From NCBI RefSeq assembly GCF_009914755.1, contig NC_060930.1: a stretch of 64,000 bases of DNA, one strand, 5' to 3'. The stretch's first letter is position 1. Every line of letters begins with the position of its first letter. This document shows positions 13,175 to 26,500 of this stretch, piece after piece. The notes below the pieces were generated by a model. The model was given only the letters and a program-made list of their open reading frames with translations. It did no database searches and was not told the DNA's origin. The stretch is from the human T2T-CHM13v2.0 reference genome, Homo sapiens. The position numbers and the translations under genes are program-made.

Positions 13175-14434
13175 GCATCCAGAAGAAAAAGGCACATCAC
13201 AGGCAGAGGAAAAACCAAAGATAAGCAATAGAGCAGACTTCTTGTCTTATATCAAAAGGCAATGGGGTAGAATGTTTAAAATATTAAAAGAAAAACATCT
13301 GTCAAACCAAAATTCTGTATTTAACAAAAACAGTTTTCAAAAATACAGGAAAAATAAAGAATTTCTGAAACAACAATGAAGAATTTATCACTGGCAGACA
13401 TATACTACAAGATGCTTAAAAGAAATTCTGGAAAAATGCATGTACCAGAGAGAAGCTAATCAACACAAGGAAATAAAGATACGTGTAAATGTAATAAAAA
13501 CATTTAAAATAATATTTATTGTCTTATTTTTAATTATTCTTAAAAACTAAAGGAAAAATGATAGCAATATATTTTGTGTTTATAGCATAGGTAAAAATAA
13601 AGTGTATGGGAACAATAGTGTGAAGAATGGTAGGGTACATTAGGAATATAATTTGTAAAGTTCTTACATAGCATGTGAAGAAATATAAAAATAATTGAAG
13701 GTAACATCTCATTAATTAAAGATGTGTCTTATAAACACAGGTGTATACAAAACATAATATAAATAAGCTGAGTGAATATAAATCTGAATAATATAAAAGT
13801 ACCTAACTAAATCTAGAGAAAGCAAACCAAGAAGGAAACAGAAACAAAAAGCAAAGAGAACAATTAGGATACACGTAGCAAAATATAGTTTTAACCCAAA
13901 TATATCAATAATTACCATAGTTATTTTTCATATTGCTATAAAGAAATACCTGAGACTGGGTAATTTACGAAGAAAAGAGGTTTAATTTGTTCATGGTTCC
14001 ACAGATTGTACAGGAAGCTTGATGCTGGTATATACTCATCTTCTGGGGAGGCCTCGGGAAACTTACAATCATGGTGTAATGCAAAGAAGGAACAAGTGTC
14101 TCACATGGCAGGAGTAGGAGTAAGAGAGGAGGAGAGGTGCTACACACTTTAACAAACAGATCTCGTGAGAGCTCACTCATTATCATGATAACAGCACCAA
14201 GAAGATGGTGTTAAACCATTCATGAGAAATCCACTTGCATGATTCAATCACCTCCCACCAGGCCGTACCTCCAACATTGGGGATTACAATTTGACATGAG
14301 AATAGGGTGGGGACACAGACCTAAACCATATCAATTACTTAAACGTAAATTATCTAAAGACATGAATTAAAAGCCTGTTAGTTGGGATAAATAAACAATA
14401 TTCAATTATATACTGATTATAAAAAGTCTACTTT
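13175..14434 (+). mobile_element. old L1M ORF1 C-terminus to ORF2 endonuclease start; interrupted by the MST LTR and L1PB1, resuming briefly at 27034-27058
   Basis: ORF 13173-13379 'RADFLS..KRQWGRMFKILKEK' is L1 ORF1-like. 'atatcaataattac|ttaaacgtaaat' resembles the ORF2 start, and 'aagtctactttaaatataaag' resembles the QETHFKYK segment. Confidence 0.7.
13916..14333 (-). mobile_element. MSTA-type MaLR solo LTR
   Basis: 'ttgctataaagaaatacctgagactgggtaattta...ggggaggcctcgggaaacttacaatcatgg...aaaccatatca'. 5-bp TSD ATTAC at 13911-13915 and 14334-14338. Confidence 0.9.
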
Positions 14435-14746
14435 ATTTTTATTTATTTTATTCATTTATTTATTTTTATTTCAGTAGGTTTTTAGGAACAAGTGGTGTTT
14501 TGTTCCATAAATAAGTTCTTTAGTGGTGATTTCTGAGATTTTGGTGTGCCCATTACCTGAGAAGTGCACACCATACCCAACGTGTAGTCTTTTATTCCTC
14601 ACCCCACTTCCAACCTTCCCCCTGAGTCTGTCTCCAAATTCCATTGTATCATTCTTAGGCTTTTGTGTCCTTGTAGCTTAGCTCCCACTTTAAAGTGAGA
14701 ATATACAATGTTTGGTTTTTCATTCTTGAGTTACTTCACTTAGAAT

Positions 14747-15103
14747 TGTCAGGCCTCTGAGCCCAAGCTAAGCCATCATATCCCCTGTGTCCTGCACGTA
14801 CACATCTAGATGGCCGGTTCCTGCCTTAACTGATGACATTATCTTGTGAAATTCCTTATCCTGGCTCTTCCTGGCTCAAAAGCTCCCCTACTGAGCACCT
14901 TGTGACCCCCACTCCTGCCTGCCAGAGAACAACCCACCTTTGACTGTAATTTTCCTTTACCTACACAAATCTTATAAAATGGCGCCACCCCTATCGCCCT
15001 TTGCTCTCTTTTCAGACTCAGCCCACCTGCACCCAGGTGATTAAAAAGCTTTATTGCTCACACAAAGCCTGTTGGTGGGCTCTTCACATGGACACGAGTG
15101 AAA
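14747..15103 (+). promoter_or_regulatory. HERV-H 5' LTR (LTR7), 357 bp
   Basis: Starts TGTCAGGCCTCTGAGCCCAAGCTAAGCC, ends GAGTGAAA. TATAAAA at 14973-14979, ATTAAA at 15040-15045. Confidence 0.96.
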
Positions 15104-15105
15104 TT

Positions 15106-15123
15106 TGGTGCCATGACTCGGAT
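15106..15123 (+). other. primer binding site for tRNA-His
   Basis: TGGTGCCATGACTCGGAT, one CpG-type change from the canonical TGGTGCCGTGACTCGGAT, just after the 5' LTR. Confidence 0.95.
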
Positions 15124-15246
15124 CAGGGGACCTCCCTTGGGAGATCAATCACCTGTCCTCCTGCTCTTTGCTCCATGAGAAAGATCCACCTATGACCTCT
15201 GGTCCTCAGACCAACCAGCCCAAGGAACACCTCACAAATTTTAAAT

Positions 15247-15255
15247 CTGGTAAGT
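15247..15255 (+). other. HERV-H leader splice donor
   Basis: CTG|GTAAGT ~145 nt after the 5' LTR, where the HERV-H major donor normally lies. Confidence 0.75.
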
Positions 15256-15534
15256 GGCCTCTTTTTACTCTCTTCTTTAACCTCTCTCACTATCCCTCAA
15301 CCTCTTTCTCCTTTCAATCTTGGTGCCACACTTTGATCTCTCCCTTCTCTTAATTTCAGCTCCTTTCCTTTTCTGGTAGAGATGGAGACGCGTTTTGTTT
15401 GTGGACCCAAAACTCCGACACCCGTCATGGACTCGGGAAGACAGTCTTCCTTTGTTGTTTAATCATGCGAGGATGCCTGCCTGATTATTCACCCACGTTT
15501 CAGAAGTGTCTGACCACACGGGGATGCCTGCCTT

Positions 15535-15790
15535 GGTCCTTCACCCTTAGCAACAAGTACCACTTTAATGGGGGGCAAGAAACCCCCAACCCCTTCTCTC
15601 CATGTCTCTACCCCTTCTCTGCTTTTCTAGGGGGCAAGAACCCCCCAACCCCTTCTCCTTCACCCTTAGTGGCAAGTACCACTTTTCTAGGGGGCAAGAA
15701 CACCCCAACCCCTTCTCTCCATGTCTCTACCCCTTCTCTGCTTTTCTGGGGGACAGGAACCCCCCACCCCTTCTCTCCATGTCTCTACTC
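15535..15790 (+). repeat. HERV-H leader tandem repeats (~120-bp duplication with sub-repeats)
   Basis: 'ccttcacccttag..caagtaccacttt' at ~15537 and ~15657. 'ccccttctctccatgtctctac' occurs three times. Confidence 0.8.
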
Positions 15791-15849
15791 TCTCTTTTCT
15801 CTGGGCTTGCCTCCTTCACTATGGGCAAGCTTCCGCCCTCCATTCCCCC

Positions 15850-17000
15850 TTCTTCTCCCTTAGCCTGTATTCTTAAAAACCTAAAACCTCTTCAACTCAC
15901 ACCTGACCAAAAACCTAAGTGCCTTATTTTCTTCTGCAATGCTGCTTGACCCCAATACAAACTTGACAGTAGTTCCAAATAGCCAGAAAATGGCACTTTC
16001 AATTTTTCCATCCTACAATATCTAAATAATTCTTGTCATAAAATGGGCAAACAGTCTGAGATGCCTGATGTCCAGGCATTCTTTTACACATCAGTCCCTC
16101 CCTAGTCTCTGTTCCCAATGCAACTCATCCCAAATCTTCCCTCTTTCCCTCCCATCTGTCCCCTCAGTCCCAACCTCAAGCATCGCAGAGTCTTTCTAAT
16201 CTTCCTTTTCTACAGACCCATCTGACCTCTCCCCTCCTTGCCAGGCTGAGCTAGTTCCCAATTCTTCCTCAGTCTCTGCTCCTCCACCCTATAATCCTTT
16301 TATCACCTTCACTCCTCACACAGGGTCCAGCTTACAGTTTCGTTGTGACTAGCCCTCCCCAACCTGCCCAGCAATTTCCTCTTAAAGAGGTGGCTGGAGC
16401 TAAAGGCATAGTCAAGGTTAATGCTCCTTTTTCTTTATCCCAAATCAGACAGCATTTAGGCTCTTCTCCATCAAATGTAAAAACCCAGCCCAGTTCATGG
16501 CTCATTTGGCAACAACCCTGAGATGCTTTACAGCCCTAGTCCCTAAAAGGTCAAAAGGCTGTCTTATTCTCAATATACATTTTATTACCCAATCGGCTCC
16601 TGACATTAAATAAAACTACAAAAATTAAATTCTGGCCCTCAAACCCCACAACAGGACTTAACTAACCTCACCTTCAAGGTGTACAATAATGGAGTAGACA
16701 CAGCCAAGTAGTAACATATTTCTGAGTTGCAATTCCTTGCCTCCATTGTGAGACAAACCCCAGCCACATCTCCAGCACACAAGAACTTCCAAATGCCTAA
16801 ACCACAGTGGCCAGGCATTCCTCCAGGCCTGCCTCCCTCAGGAGCTTGCTACGAGGGCCAGAAATCTGGCCACCAGACCAAGGAATGCCCGCAGTCCAGG
16901 ATTCCTCTTAAGCCATGTCCCATCAATGTGGGACCCCACTGAAAATCGGACTGTTCAACTCACCTGGCAGCCACTCCCAGAGCCCCTGGAACTCTGGCCC
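15850..17000 (+). pseudogene. gag: HERV-H gag remnant
   Basis: ORF 16727-16942 has degenerate NC zinc knuckles 'ACYEGQKSGHQTKECP' and 'CPINVGPH*'. Disrupted; start approximate. Confidence 0.8.
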
Positions 17001-17099
17001 AAGGCTGTCCAACTGACTCCTTCCCAGATCTTTTTGGCTTAGTGGCTCAACTCTGATGCTGCCCGATCACAATAGAAGCCCCCTAGACCATCACGGATG

Positions 17100-17400
17100 C
17101 CAAGCTTCAGGTAACTTTCACAGTGGTAGGTAAGTCCATCCCCTTCTTAATCAATATGGAGACTACCCACTCCACATTACTTTCTTTTCAAGGGCCTGTT
17201 TCCTTTGCCTCCATAACTGTTGTAGGTATTGACGACCAGGCTTCTAAACCTCTTAAAACTCCCCAACTCTGGTGCCAACTTAGACAATACTCTTTAAAGC
17301 ACTCCTTTTTAGTTATCACCACCTGTCCAGCTCCCTTATTAGGTCGAGACATTTTAACTAAATTATCTGCTTCCCTGACTATTCCTGGGCTACAGCCACA
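17100..17400 (+). pseudogene. pro: HERV-H protease remnant
   Basis: 'FLINMETTHS' (catalytic DTGA motif lost) and 'LLGRDIL' in ORF 17123-17482. Confidence 0.85.
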
Positions 17401-19500
17401 CCTCATTGCCACCTTTTACCCCAGTTCAAAGCCTCCTTCACATCCTCTCCTTGTATCTCCCCACTTTAAACCACAAGTATAGGACACCTCTACATCCTCC
17501 TTAGCGACCCATCATGCACCTCTTACCATCTCATTAAAACCTAATCACCCTTACCCCACTCAATGCCAATATCCCATCCCACAGCATGCTTTAAAAGGAT
17601 TAAAGCCTGTTATCATTCGCCTGTTACAGCATGGCCTTTTAAAGCCTATAAACTCTCCTTACAATTCCCCCATTTTACCTGTCCAAAAACCGGACAAGCC
17701 TTACAGGTTAGTTCAGGATCTGAGCCTTATCAACCAAATTGTTTTGCCTATCCACCCCATGGTACCAACCCCATATACTCTCCTATCCTAAATACCTCCC
17801 TCCACAAACCCATTATTTTATTCTGGATCTCAAACATGCTTTCTTTACTATTCCTTTGCACCATTCACCCCAGCCTCTCTTCGCTTTCACTTAACTGACC
17901 CTGACACCCATCAGGCTCAGCAAATTACCTGGGCTGTACTGCCACAAGGCTTCACAGACAGCCCCCATTACTTCAGTCAAGCCCAAATTTCTTCCTCATC
18001 TGTTACCTATCACTGCATAATTCTCATAAAAACACATGTGCTCTCCCTGCTGATGGTGTCCAGCTAATCTCCCAAATCCCAATCCCTTCTACAACATAGC
18101 AACTCCTTTCCTTCCTAGGCATGGTTAGTGTGGTCAGAATTCTTACACAAGAGCCAGGACTGCACCCTGTAGCCTTTCTGTCCAAACAACTTAACCTCAT
18201 TGTTTTAGCTTAGCCCTCATGTCTGTGTGCAGTGGCTGCCACTGCCTTAATAATTTTAGAGGCCCTCAAAATCACAAACTATGCTCAACTCACTCTACAG
18301 TTCTCATAACTTCCAAAATCTATTTTCTTCCTCACACCTGATGCATATACTTTCTGCCCCACTCCACTAACTCTCAGAAAGTCGAACTCATTGCCTTAAC
18401 TCGAGCACTCACTCTTGCAAAAGGACTACACATCAATATTTGTACTGACTCTAAATATGCCTTCCATATCTTGCACCACCATGCTGTTATATAGGCTGAA
18501 AGAGATTTCCTCACCACCTTTGCATAGTGGCAAAGTCCTCCATCATTAATGCCTCTTTAATAAACACTCTACTCAAGGCTGCTTTACTTCCAAAGGAAAC
18601 CGAAGTCATTCACTGCAAGGGCCATCAAAAGGCATTGCTCTAAGCAAGGCTTATGCTGATAAAGTGGCTAGACAAGCAGCTAGCTTCCAACTTCTGTCCC
18701 TCACGGCCAGTTTTTCTCCTTCACATCGGTCACTCCCACCTACTCCCTTGCTGAAACTTCCACCTATCAATCTCTTCCTACACAAGGCAAATGGTTCTTA
18801 GGCCAAGGAAAATATCTCCTTCCAGCCTCACAGGCCCATTCTATTCTGTCATCATTTCATAACCTCTTCCATGTAGGAAGCTGCTAGCCTGTCTCTTAGA
18901 ACCTCTCATTTCCTTTCCATCCTGGAAATTTATCCTCAAGGAAATCACTTCTCAGTGTTCCATCTGCTAGTCTACTACCACTCAGGGATTGTTCAGGCCT
19001 CCTCCCTTTCCTATACATCAAGCTCGGGGATTTGCCCCTGCCTGGGACTGGCAAATTGACTTTACTCACATGCCCTGAGTCAGAAAACTAAAATCTGGAT
19101 AGACACTTTCACTGGATGGGTAGAGGCCTTTCCTACAGGGTCTGAGAAGGCCACCACAGTCATTTCTTCCCTTCTGTCAGACATAATTCTTTGGTTTGGC
19201 CTTCCCACCTCTATACAGTCTGAGAGCAGACTGACCTTTATTAGTCAAATCAGCCAAGCATTTTTTCAGGCTCTTGGTATTCAGTGAAACCTTTATATCC
19301 CTTACGGTCTGCAGTCTTCAGGAAAGGTAGAACGAACTAATGGTCTTTTAAAAACACACCTCACCAAGCTCAACCACCAACTTAAAAAGGACTGGACAAT
19401 ACTTTTACCACTTTCCCTTCTCAGAATTCAGGCCTGTCCTCAGAATGCTACAGGGTACAGCCCATTCGAGCTCCTGTATAAACACTCCTTTTTATTGGCC
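17400..19500 (+). pseudogene. pol: HERV-H pol remnant (partial RT, RNase H, integrase)
   Basis: RT 'YNSPILPVQKPDKPYRLVQDL' and 'WAVLPQGFTDSP'; RNase H 'ELIALTRAL..TDSKYAF'; integrase 'WQIDFTHMP' and 'SSGKVERTNGLLK'. Stops, frameshifts and deletions present. Confidence 0.9.
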
Positions 19501-20104
19501 CCAGTCTCATTCCAGACACCAGACCAACTTAGACTGTGCCCCAAAAAACTTGTCTTCCCTACTATCTTCTGTCTAGTCATACTCCTATTCACCGTTCTCA
19601 ACTACTCATACATGCCCTGCTCTTGTTTACACTGCCAGTTTACACTGTTTCTTCAAGCCATCACAGCTGATATCTCCTGGTGCTATCCTCAAACTGCCAC
19701 TCTTAACTCTTAAAGTAAATAAATAATCTTTGCTGGCAGGACTATGCTGAATCTCCTTAGGCACTCTCTAATTAGATGTCCTGGGTCCTCCCAGTTCTCA
19801 GACCTTTAATACCTGTTTTTCTCCTTCTCTTATTCCGTTTAGTTTTTCAATTCAGACAAAACCATATCCAGGCCATCATCAATAATTCTAAATGACTAAT
19901 GTTTCTTCTAACAACCCCACAATATGACCCCTTACCACAAAATCTTCCTTCACCTTAATCTCTCCCACTCTAGGTTCCCACGCCGCCCCAATCCCACTCA
20001 AAGCGGCCCTGAGAAACATCGCCCATTATCTCTCCATACCACCTGCAAAAATTTTTACCGTCCAACACTTTACCATGATTTCATTTTATTTTTCTTATTA
20101 ATAT
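19500..20104 (+). pseudogene. env: HERV-H env remnant, largely deleted
   Basis: Only ~600 bp lie between the integrase end and the PPT. Called mainly by position. Confidence 0.55.
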
Positions 20105-20117
20105 AAGAAGACAGGAA
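20105..20117 (+). other. polypurine tract
   Basis: AAGAAGACAGGAA immediately before the 3' LTR TG. Confidence 0.85.
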
Positions 20118-20528
20118 TGTCAGGCCCCTGAGCCCAAGCTAAGCCATCATATCCCCTGTGACCTGCACGTACACATCCAGATGGCCAGTTCCTGCCTTAA
20201 CTGATGACATTCCACCACAAAAGAAGTGAAAATGGCCTGTTCCTGCCTTAACTGATGACATTATCTTGTGAAATTCCTTCTCCTGGCTCATTCTGGCTCA
20301 AAAGCTCCCCTACTGAGCACCTTGTGACCCCCACTCCTGCCTGTCAGAGAACAACCCCCCTTTGACTGTAATTTTCCTTTACCTACTCAAATCTTATAAA
20401 ATAGCCCCACCCCATCTCCCTTCTCTGACTCTCTTTTCAGACTCAACCCACCTGTGCCCAGGTGATTAAAAAGTGTATTGCTCACACAAAGTCTGTTTGG
20501 TGGTCTCTTCACACAGACGCGAGTGAAA
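20118..20528 (+). promoter_or_regulatory. HERV-H 3' LTR (LTR7), 411 bp
   Basis: TGTCAGG...GAGTGAAA; TATAAAA at 20395-20401; ATTAAA at 20465-20470. Retains both U3 repeat units. Confidence 0.96.
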
Positions 20529-23202
20529 GAATAATGGTCTCCAACTCAGTCCAGGTTGCTGTGAATGCCATTATTTGATTCGTTTTTATAGGTGAGTAGT
20601 ATTTTTTGATTTTTTAATTATGGCCATTCTTGCAGAGGAAGGTGGTATTACATTGTGGTTTTGATTTGCATTTCTCTGATAATTAGCGATGTTAAGCACT
20701 TCTTCATGTTTATTGGCCATTTGTATATCTTCGTTTGAGAATTGTCTGTTCATGTCCTTAGCCTACTTTTTGATTGGGTTGTTTATTGCTTTCTTACTGA
20801 TTTGTTTGAGTTCCTTGTGAATTCTGGATATTAGTTATTTGTCAGATGTATAGATTGTGAAAATTTTCTCCCAGTCTGTGGGTAGCCTGTTTGCTGACTA
20901 TTTCTTTGGCTGTGCAGAAGCTTTTTAGTTTAATTAAGTCCCATCTATTTATTTTTGTTTTTGTTGCATTTGCTTTTGGGTTCTTGGTCATGAAGTTTTT
21001 GCCTAAGCCAATGCCTAGAAGGGTGTTTTCAATGTTCTCTTCTATAATAGAATGTTTAAGGATTCAGGTTTTCAATTTAAGTCTGATCCATCTTGAATTG
21101 ATTGTTTTGTAAGGTGAGAGATAAAGGTCTAGTTTCATTCTTCTAACTGGGCTTGCCAATTATCACAGCACCATTTGTTGAATAGGGTGTCCTTTCCCCA
21201 CTTTACGTTTTTGTCAATTGGCTGAAAGTATTTGGGTTTATTTCTGGGTTCTCTATTCTGTTCCATTAGTCTATGTGCCTACTTTTATATCAGTACCAAG
21301 CTGTTTTGGTGACTATGGGCTTTGTATACTTTAAATTCAGGGAAGATGATGTCTCCAGATTTCTTTTTGCTTGGTCTTACTTTGGCTATGTGGGCTCTTT
21401 TTTGGTTCCACGTGAATTTTAGGATTATTTTTTTTCTAGTTCTGTAAAGAATGATGATGGTATTTTAATTGGAATTGTGTGGAATTTGTAGACTGCTTTT
21501 GGAAGTATGGTCATTTTCACAATATTGATTATACCCATCCATAAGCATGGGATATGTTTCCATATGTTTGCCTCATCTATGATTTCTTTCAGCAGTGTTT
21601 TGTTTGTTTGTTTGTTTTTGTTTTTGTTTTTTGTAGTTTTCCTTGTACAGGTCTTTCACCTCCTTAGGTATATCACTAAATATTTTATTTTGCTTTATTT
21701 TATTTTATTTTATTTTTACCTATTGTAAAAGGTGTTGAATTCTTGATTTGATTCTCAGCTTGATTGCTGTTGGTGTATAGCAGAGCTACTAATTTGTTTG
21801 CATTGACTTTGTATCCTGAAACTTTACAGAATTCAGTTATCATACCTAGAAGTTTTATAGATGAGTCTTTAGAATTTTCTAGGTATACATCATATCATCA
21901 GTGAATAGTGACAGTTTGACTTCTTCTTTAGTGATTTTGATGCCCTTTATTTCTTTCTCTTGTCTGATGGCTCTGGCTACACTTCCAGTACTATGTTGAA
22001 TAGAGGTGGTAAAAGTGGTCATCTTTGTCTTGTTCCAGTTCTCAGGGAGAATGCTATTAACTTTTCCCTGTTCAGTATAATGTTGGTTGTTAGTTTGTCA
22101 TAGATGGCTTTTATTACCTTAAAGTATGTCCCTTCTTGCTAATTTTGCTGACTGTTTTAATCATAAAATGATGCTGTATTTTGTCAAATGCTTTTCCTAC
22201 ATCTATTGAGATCATTATATGATTTTTGTTTTTAATTCTGTTTATGAGATATATCACATTTGTTGACTTGTGTATGTTGAACTCTCCCTGCATCCCTGGT
22301 ATGAAACCCACTTGATCATAGCAAATTACCTTTTTACTATGCTATTGGATTTGATTAGATAGTATTTTGTTGAGCATATTTCATCTATGTTTATCAGGAA
22401 TATTGGTTTGTAGTTTTCTTTTTTTGCTATGCCTTTTCCTGGTTTTAGTATTGGGATGATAATGGCTTCATAGAATTGCTTAAGGAGGATTCTTTGTTTT
22501 TTAGAAAGTTTCAATAGGATTGGTATCAATTCTTCTTTGAATGTCTGATAGAATTCAGCTGTGAATCCATCTGGTCCTGGCCTTTTTTTTTTTTTTTTTC
22601 TTTGCAATTTCTTTTTATTATCATTTCAATCTTGTGGTTTGTTATTTGCCTGTTCACAGTTTCTATTTATTCCTGGTTTATTCCACAAGGGTTGTATATT
22701 TCTAGAAACTTATCCATCTCCTCTAGGTTTGCTAGTCTGTGGGTATAAAGTTGTTCATAGCAGCCTTGAATAATCTTTTATAGTTCTGTGGTATCATTTG
22801 TACTATCTCCAGTTTTATTTCTAATTGAGCTTATCTGGATTTTCCATCTTCTTGGTTAATCTCACTAATGGTTTATCAATTTTGCTTATTTTTTCAGAGA
22901 TCCAGATTTTTGTTTCATTGATCTTTTATTTATTTTTTCTTTTTCAGTTTTCTTTAGTTATGCTCGATCTGAGTTATTTCTTTCCCTCTGCTGGGTTTGG
23001 GTTTGGTTTATTCTTGTTTCTCTAGTTCCTTGAGGTATGACCTTAGATTGCCTATTGGTGATCCTTCAGACTTTTTGATGTAAGCATTTAATGCTATGAA
23101 CTTTCCTCTTAGCAACACTTTTGTTGTATCCAAAAAGTTTTGACAGGCTGCGTCACTATTATCATTCAGTCCAAAGGTGTTTTGAATTTCCATCTTGATT
23201 TC

Positions 23203-23545
<343 letters not shown>

Positions 23546-26500
23546 TAATTTTCATGTATTCGTATGGTTTTGAGGGTTCCCCTTGGATCTGATTTCCACT
23601 TTTATTCCACTGTGGTCTGAGAGAATACTTGATATAATTTTGATATTCTTAAATTTATTGACACTTGTATTATGACCTACCATACGGTCTATCTTGGAGA
23701 ATGTTTCATGTGTTGATGAATAGAATGTGTATTCTACAGTTGTTGGATGGAATGTTCTGTAAGTGTCTGTTAAGTCCATTTCTTCTAGAGTATAGTTTAA
23801 GTCCATTGTTTGTTTGTTGATTTTCTGTCCTGATGACCTATCTAGTGCTATCAGTGGAGTACTGACCTCCCCCACTATTATTGTGTTGCTGTCTCTCTCA
23901 TTTCTTAGGTCTAGAAGTAATTGTTTTATGAATTTGGGAGCTCCATTGTTAGGTGCATAGATATTTAAGATTATGATATTTTCTTGTTGAACTAGACATT
24001 TTATCAATATGTAATGTCCCTTTTTTCTTTTTTTTAACAGTTGTTGCTTTACAGTCTGTTTTATCTGACATAAGAAAAATACTCCTGCTCACTATTGATG
24101 TCCATTTGCATGGAATATATTTTTTCACCCCTTTACCTTAAGTTTATGTGAATCTTTATGTGTCAGGATTGTCTCTTGAATATAGCAGATACTTGGGTGG
24201 TGACTTCTTATCCATTCTGTCATTCTATATCTTTTAAGTGGAGCATTTAGGCCATTTACATTAAACATTATTATTGAAATGCATTGTGTTAGTTGTTACC
24301 TGAATACCTTGTCTTTTTTTTATTGTGTTGTTGTTTTATAGGTCCTGTGAGATTTATGCTTTAAGAAGGTTCAATTTTAGTGTGTTTTTGAAGTTTGTTT
24401 TTTTTTTTTTTTTTAACATTTAGAACTTCTTTTAGCAGTTCTTATAGAGCTGGCTTGGTAGTGGCAGATTCTCTCAGCATTTGTTTGTCTGAAAAGACTT
24501 TATCTTTCCTTCATTTATGACGGTTAGTTTTTTTGGATACAAAATCCTTTGCTGTTAACTGTTTGGTTTAAGGAGGCTACATATAAGACCCCAATCCCTT
24601 GTAGCTTTTGGGATATCTGCTGACAAATCTGCTGTTAATCTGGTAGATTTTTCTTTGTAAGTTACCCTATGCTTTCAACTCACAGCTCTTAAGATTCTTT
24701 TCTTCATCTAGACTTTAGATAACACAATGACTCTGTGCCTACGTGATTATCTTTTTGCATTGAATTTCTCAGTTGTTCTTTGAACTTCTTGTATTTGGAT
24801 ATTTAGATCTCCAGCAAGGCTAGGGAAGCGTTTCATGGTTATTTCCTCAGATAAATTTTCCAAACTTTTAGATATCTCTTCTTCCTTGACAACACTAATT
24901 ATTCGTAGGTTTGGTTGTTTAGTAGAATCCCAAACTCCATGGAGGCTTTGTTCATTTATTTTTATTTTTTTCTTTGTCTTTGTCTGATTGGGTTAATTCA
25001 AAAGTGTTGTCTTAGAGGTCTGAGGTTTTTCCTAGGTTCAGTTCTATTGTTGAAACTTTCCAGAGTATTTTGCCTTTCTCTAATTGTGTATTTCATTTCC
25101 AGATGTGATTGCTTTTTATTTATGCTATGTTTTTCTCTGGAGATTTTTTCATCCATGTCCTTTTTTTTTTTTTTTCTTTAAGTCAGTTTTCACTGTTCTC
25201 TGGTGCCTCCTTGAATAGCTTAACAATTGACCTTCTGAATTCTTTTTCTAGCAATTAAGAGATTTATTATTCGTTTGGGTCAATCACTGGTGAGCTAGTG
25301 GAATCTTTGGGGGTGGTTAAATAATCTTGCTTTGTCACATTAACAGAATTGTTTAGGAAGTTCTTTCTCATTTGGGTGGACTATGTCAGAGGAAAGATCT
25401 GTGGCTCAAGGGCTGCTGTTCAGGTAATTTTGTCCCATGGGATGATCCCTTGATGTGGTACTCTCCCCCTTTCCCTAGGGATATTGCTTCATGAGAGCTG
25501 GACTGCAGCGATTGTTATTGGTTTTCTGAGTTTAGCCACCCAGCAGAGCTACTAGGCTCTTGGCTGGTATGGAGGAGTGTTTGCAAAGAGTCCTGTGATG
25601 TGATCCTTCTTCAGGTCTCTCAGCCATGGATACCAGCACCCGCTCTGGTGGAGGTAGCAGTGAAGTAAACTGGACTCAGTGTGATCCCTTGGTTGTAATT
25701 TTGTTTAGTGCACTGGTTTTCTGGAATCCTGATTGTGCTAGCAGTGAAGTTGTCATGTGAACAGACTCAGGACCTCTGGTTAGCCAGGATGTTACAGGTG
25801 GTGAAATTAGATGTTTTCTCTTTTCTTGGAGTAGGGTTTGTTCTTTTATGAGTTTATGTAATGGCTTGAGTTGATTGGCCTCCAGCCAGGAGGTGGCACT
25901 TTCAAGAAAGCATGAGCTGCGGTAGTATAGGGGGTATACAAGCTTGCCCTAAGGTCACCTGGATAAGTATTCAGGTTTCTCATGTGATGGGTGGGGTCAT
26001 AGAGCTCCCAAGAGATTATTTCTTTTGTCTTTGGCTACCTGGGCAGGTAAAGAAAGACCATCAGGGCAGTGTTAGGTGTGTCTGAGCTAAAACTCCCTTT
26101 GGGCAGGGCTTGCTGCAACTGCTGAGGGGATGGGGGTGAGTTCTCAGGCCAATGAAGTTGTGTTCCCAGCCGGATTATGGCTGCCTCTGTTGCATCATAC
26201 TGTCGCTAGGAAAGTGTGGGAAAGCTGGTAGTGACAAGCCTCACCCTGCTCCCATGCAGCCAGCAAAACCTGTCTCACTCCCACCATGCCTCCCCAGTAG
26301 CACCAAGTTTACATCCAGACAGCTGGTGAGCAGGGCTGAGATCATGCCCCAGGCTACAAGCCTCCCTGCTGAGAAAGCAAGCAGGGCTCTCAGGCCCTAC
26401 CCCTTCCTGCCTGCCTGCACTTCCTATTTGCATGCCGCCCCCCTCCCCATCACCTCCCACCGGCCGGCCCGCAAACCCCCATGCCAATTCTGCCCTGGAA

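Larger units (their letters stand above)
14747..20528 (+). mobile_element. HERV-H provirus, common ~5.8-kb deleted form, defective
   Basis: Two LTR7s, tRNA-His PBS, gag-pro-pol remnants, short env remnant, PPT, and a 4-5-bp TSD (A)GAAT (14742-14746 / 20528-20532) inside L1PB1. Confidence 0.97.

Noticed and set aside
15001-20106. HERV-H ORFs as functional gag/pro/pol/env
   Set aside because: Short fragments with stops and frameshifts; protease catalytic motif and zinc-knuckle residues lost; env mostly deleted.
20590-20625. Deletion of roughly 0.3 kb in L1PB1 just after the HERV-H 3' LTR
   Set aside because: Probably real (apparent TATT microhomology), but it lies ~70 bp from the intact TSD, so it looks like ordinary decay unrelated to integration.
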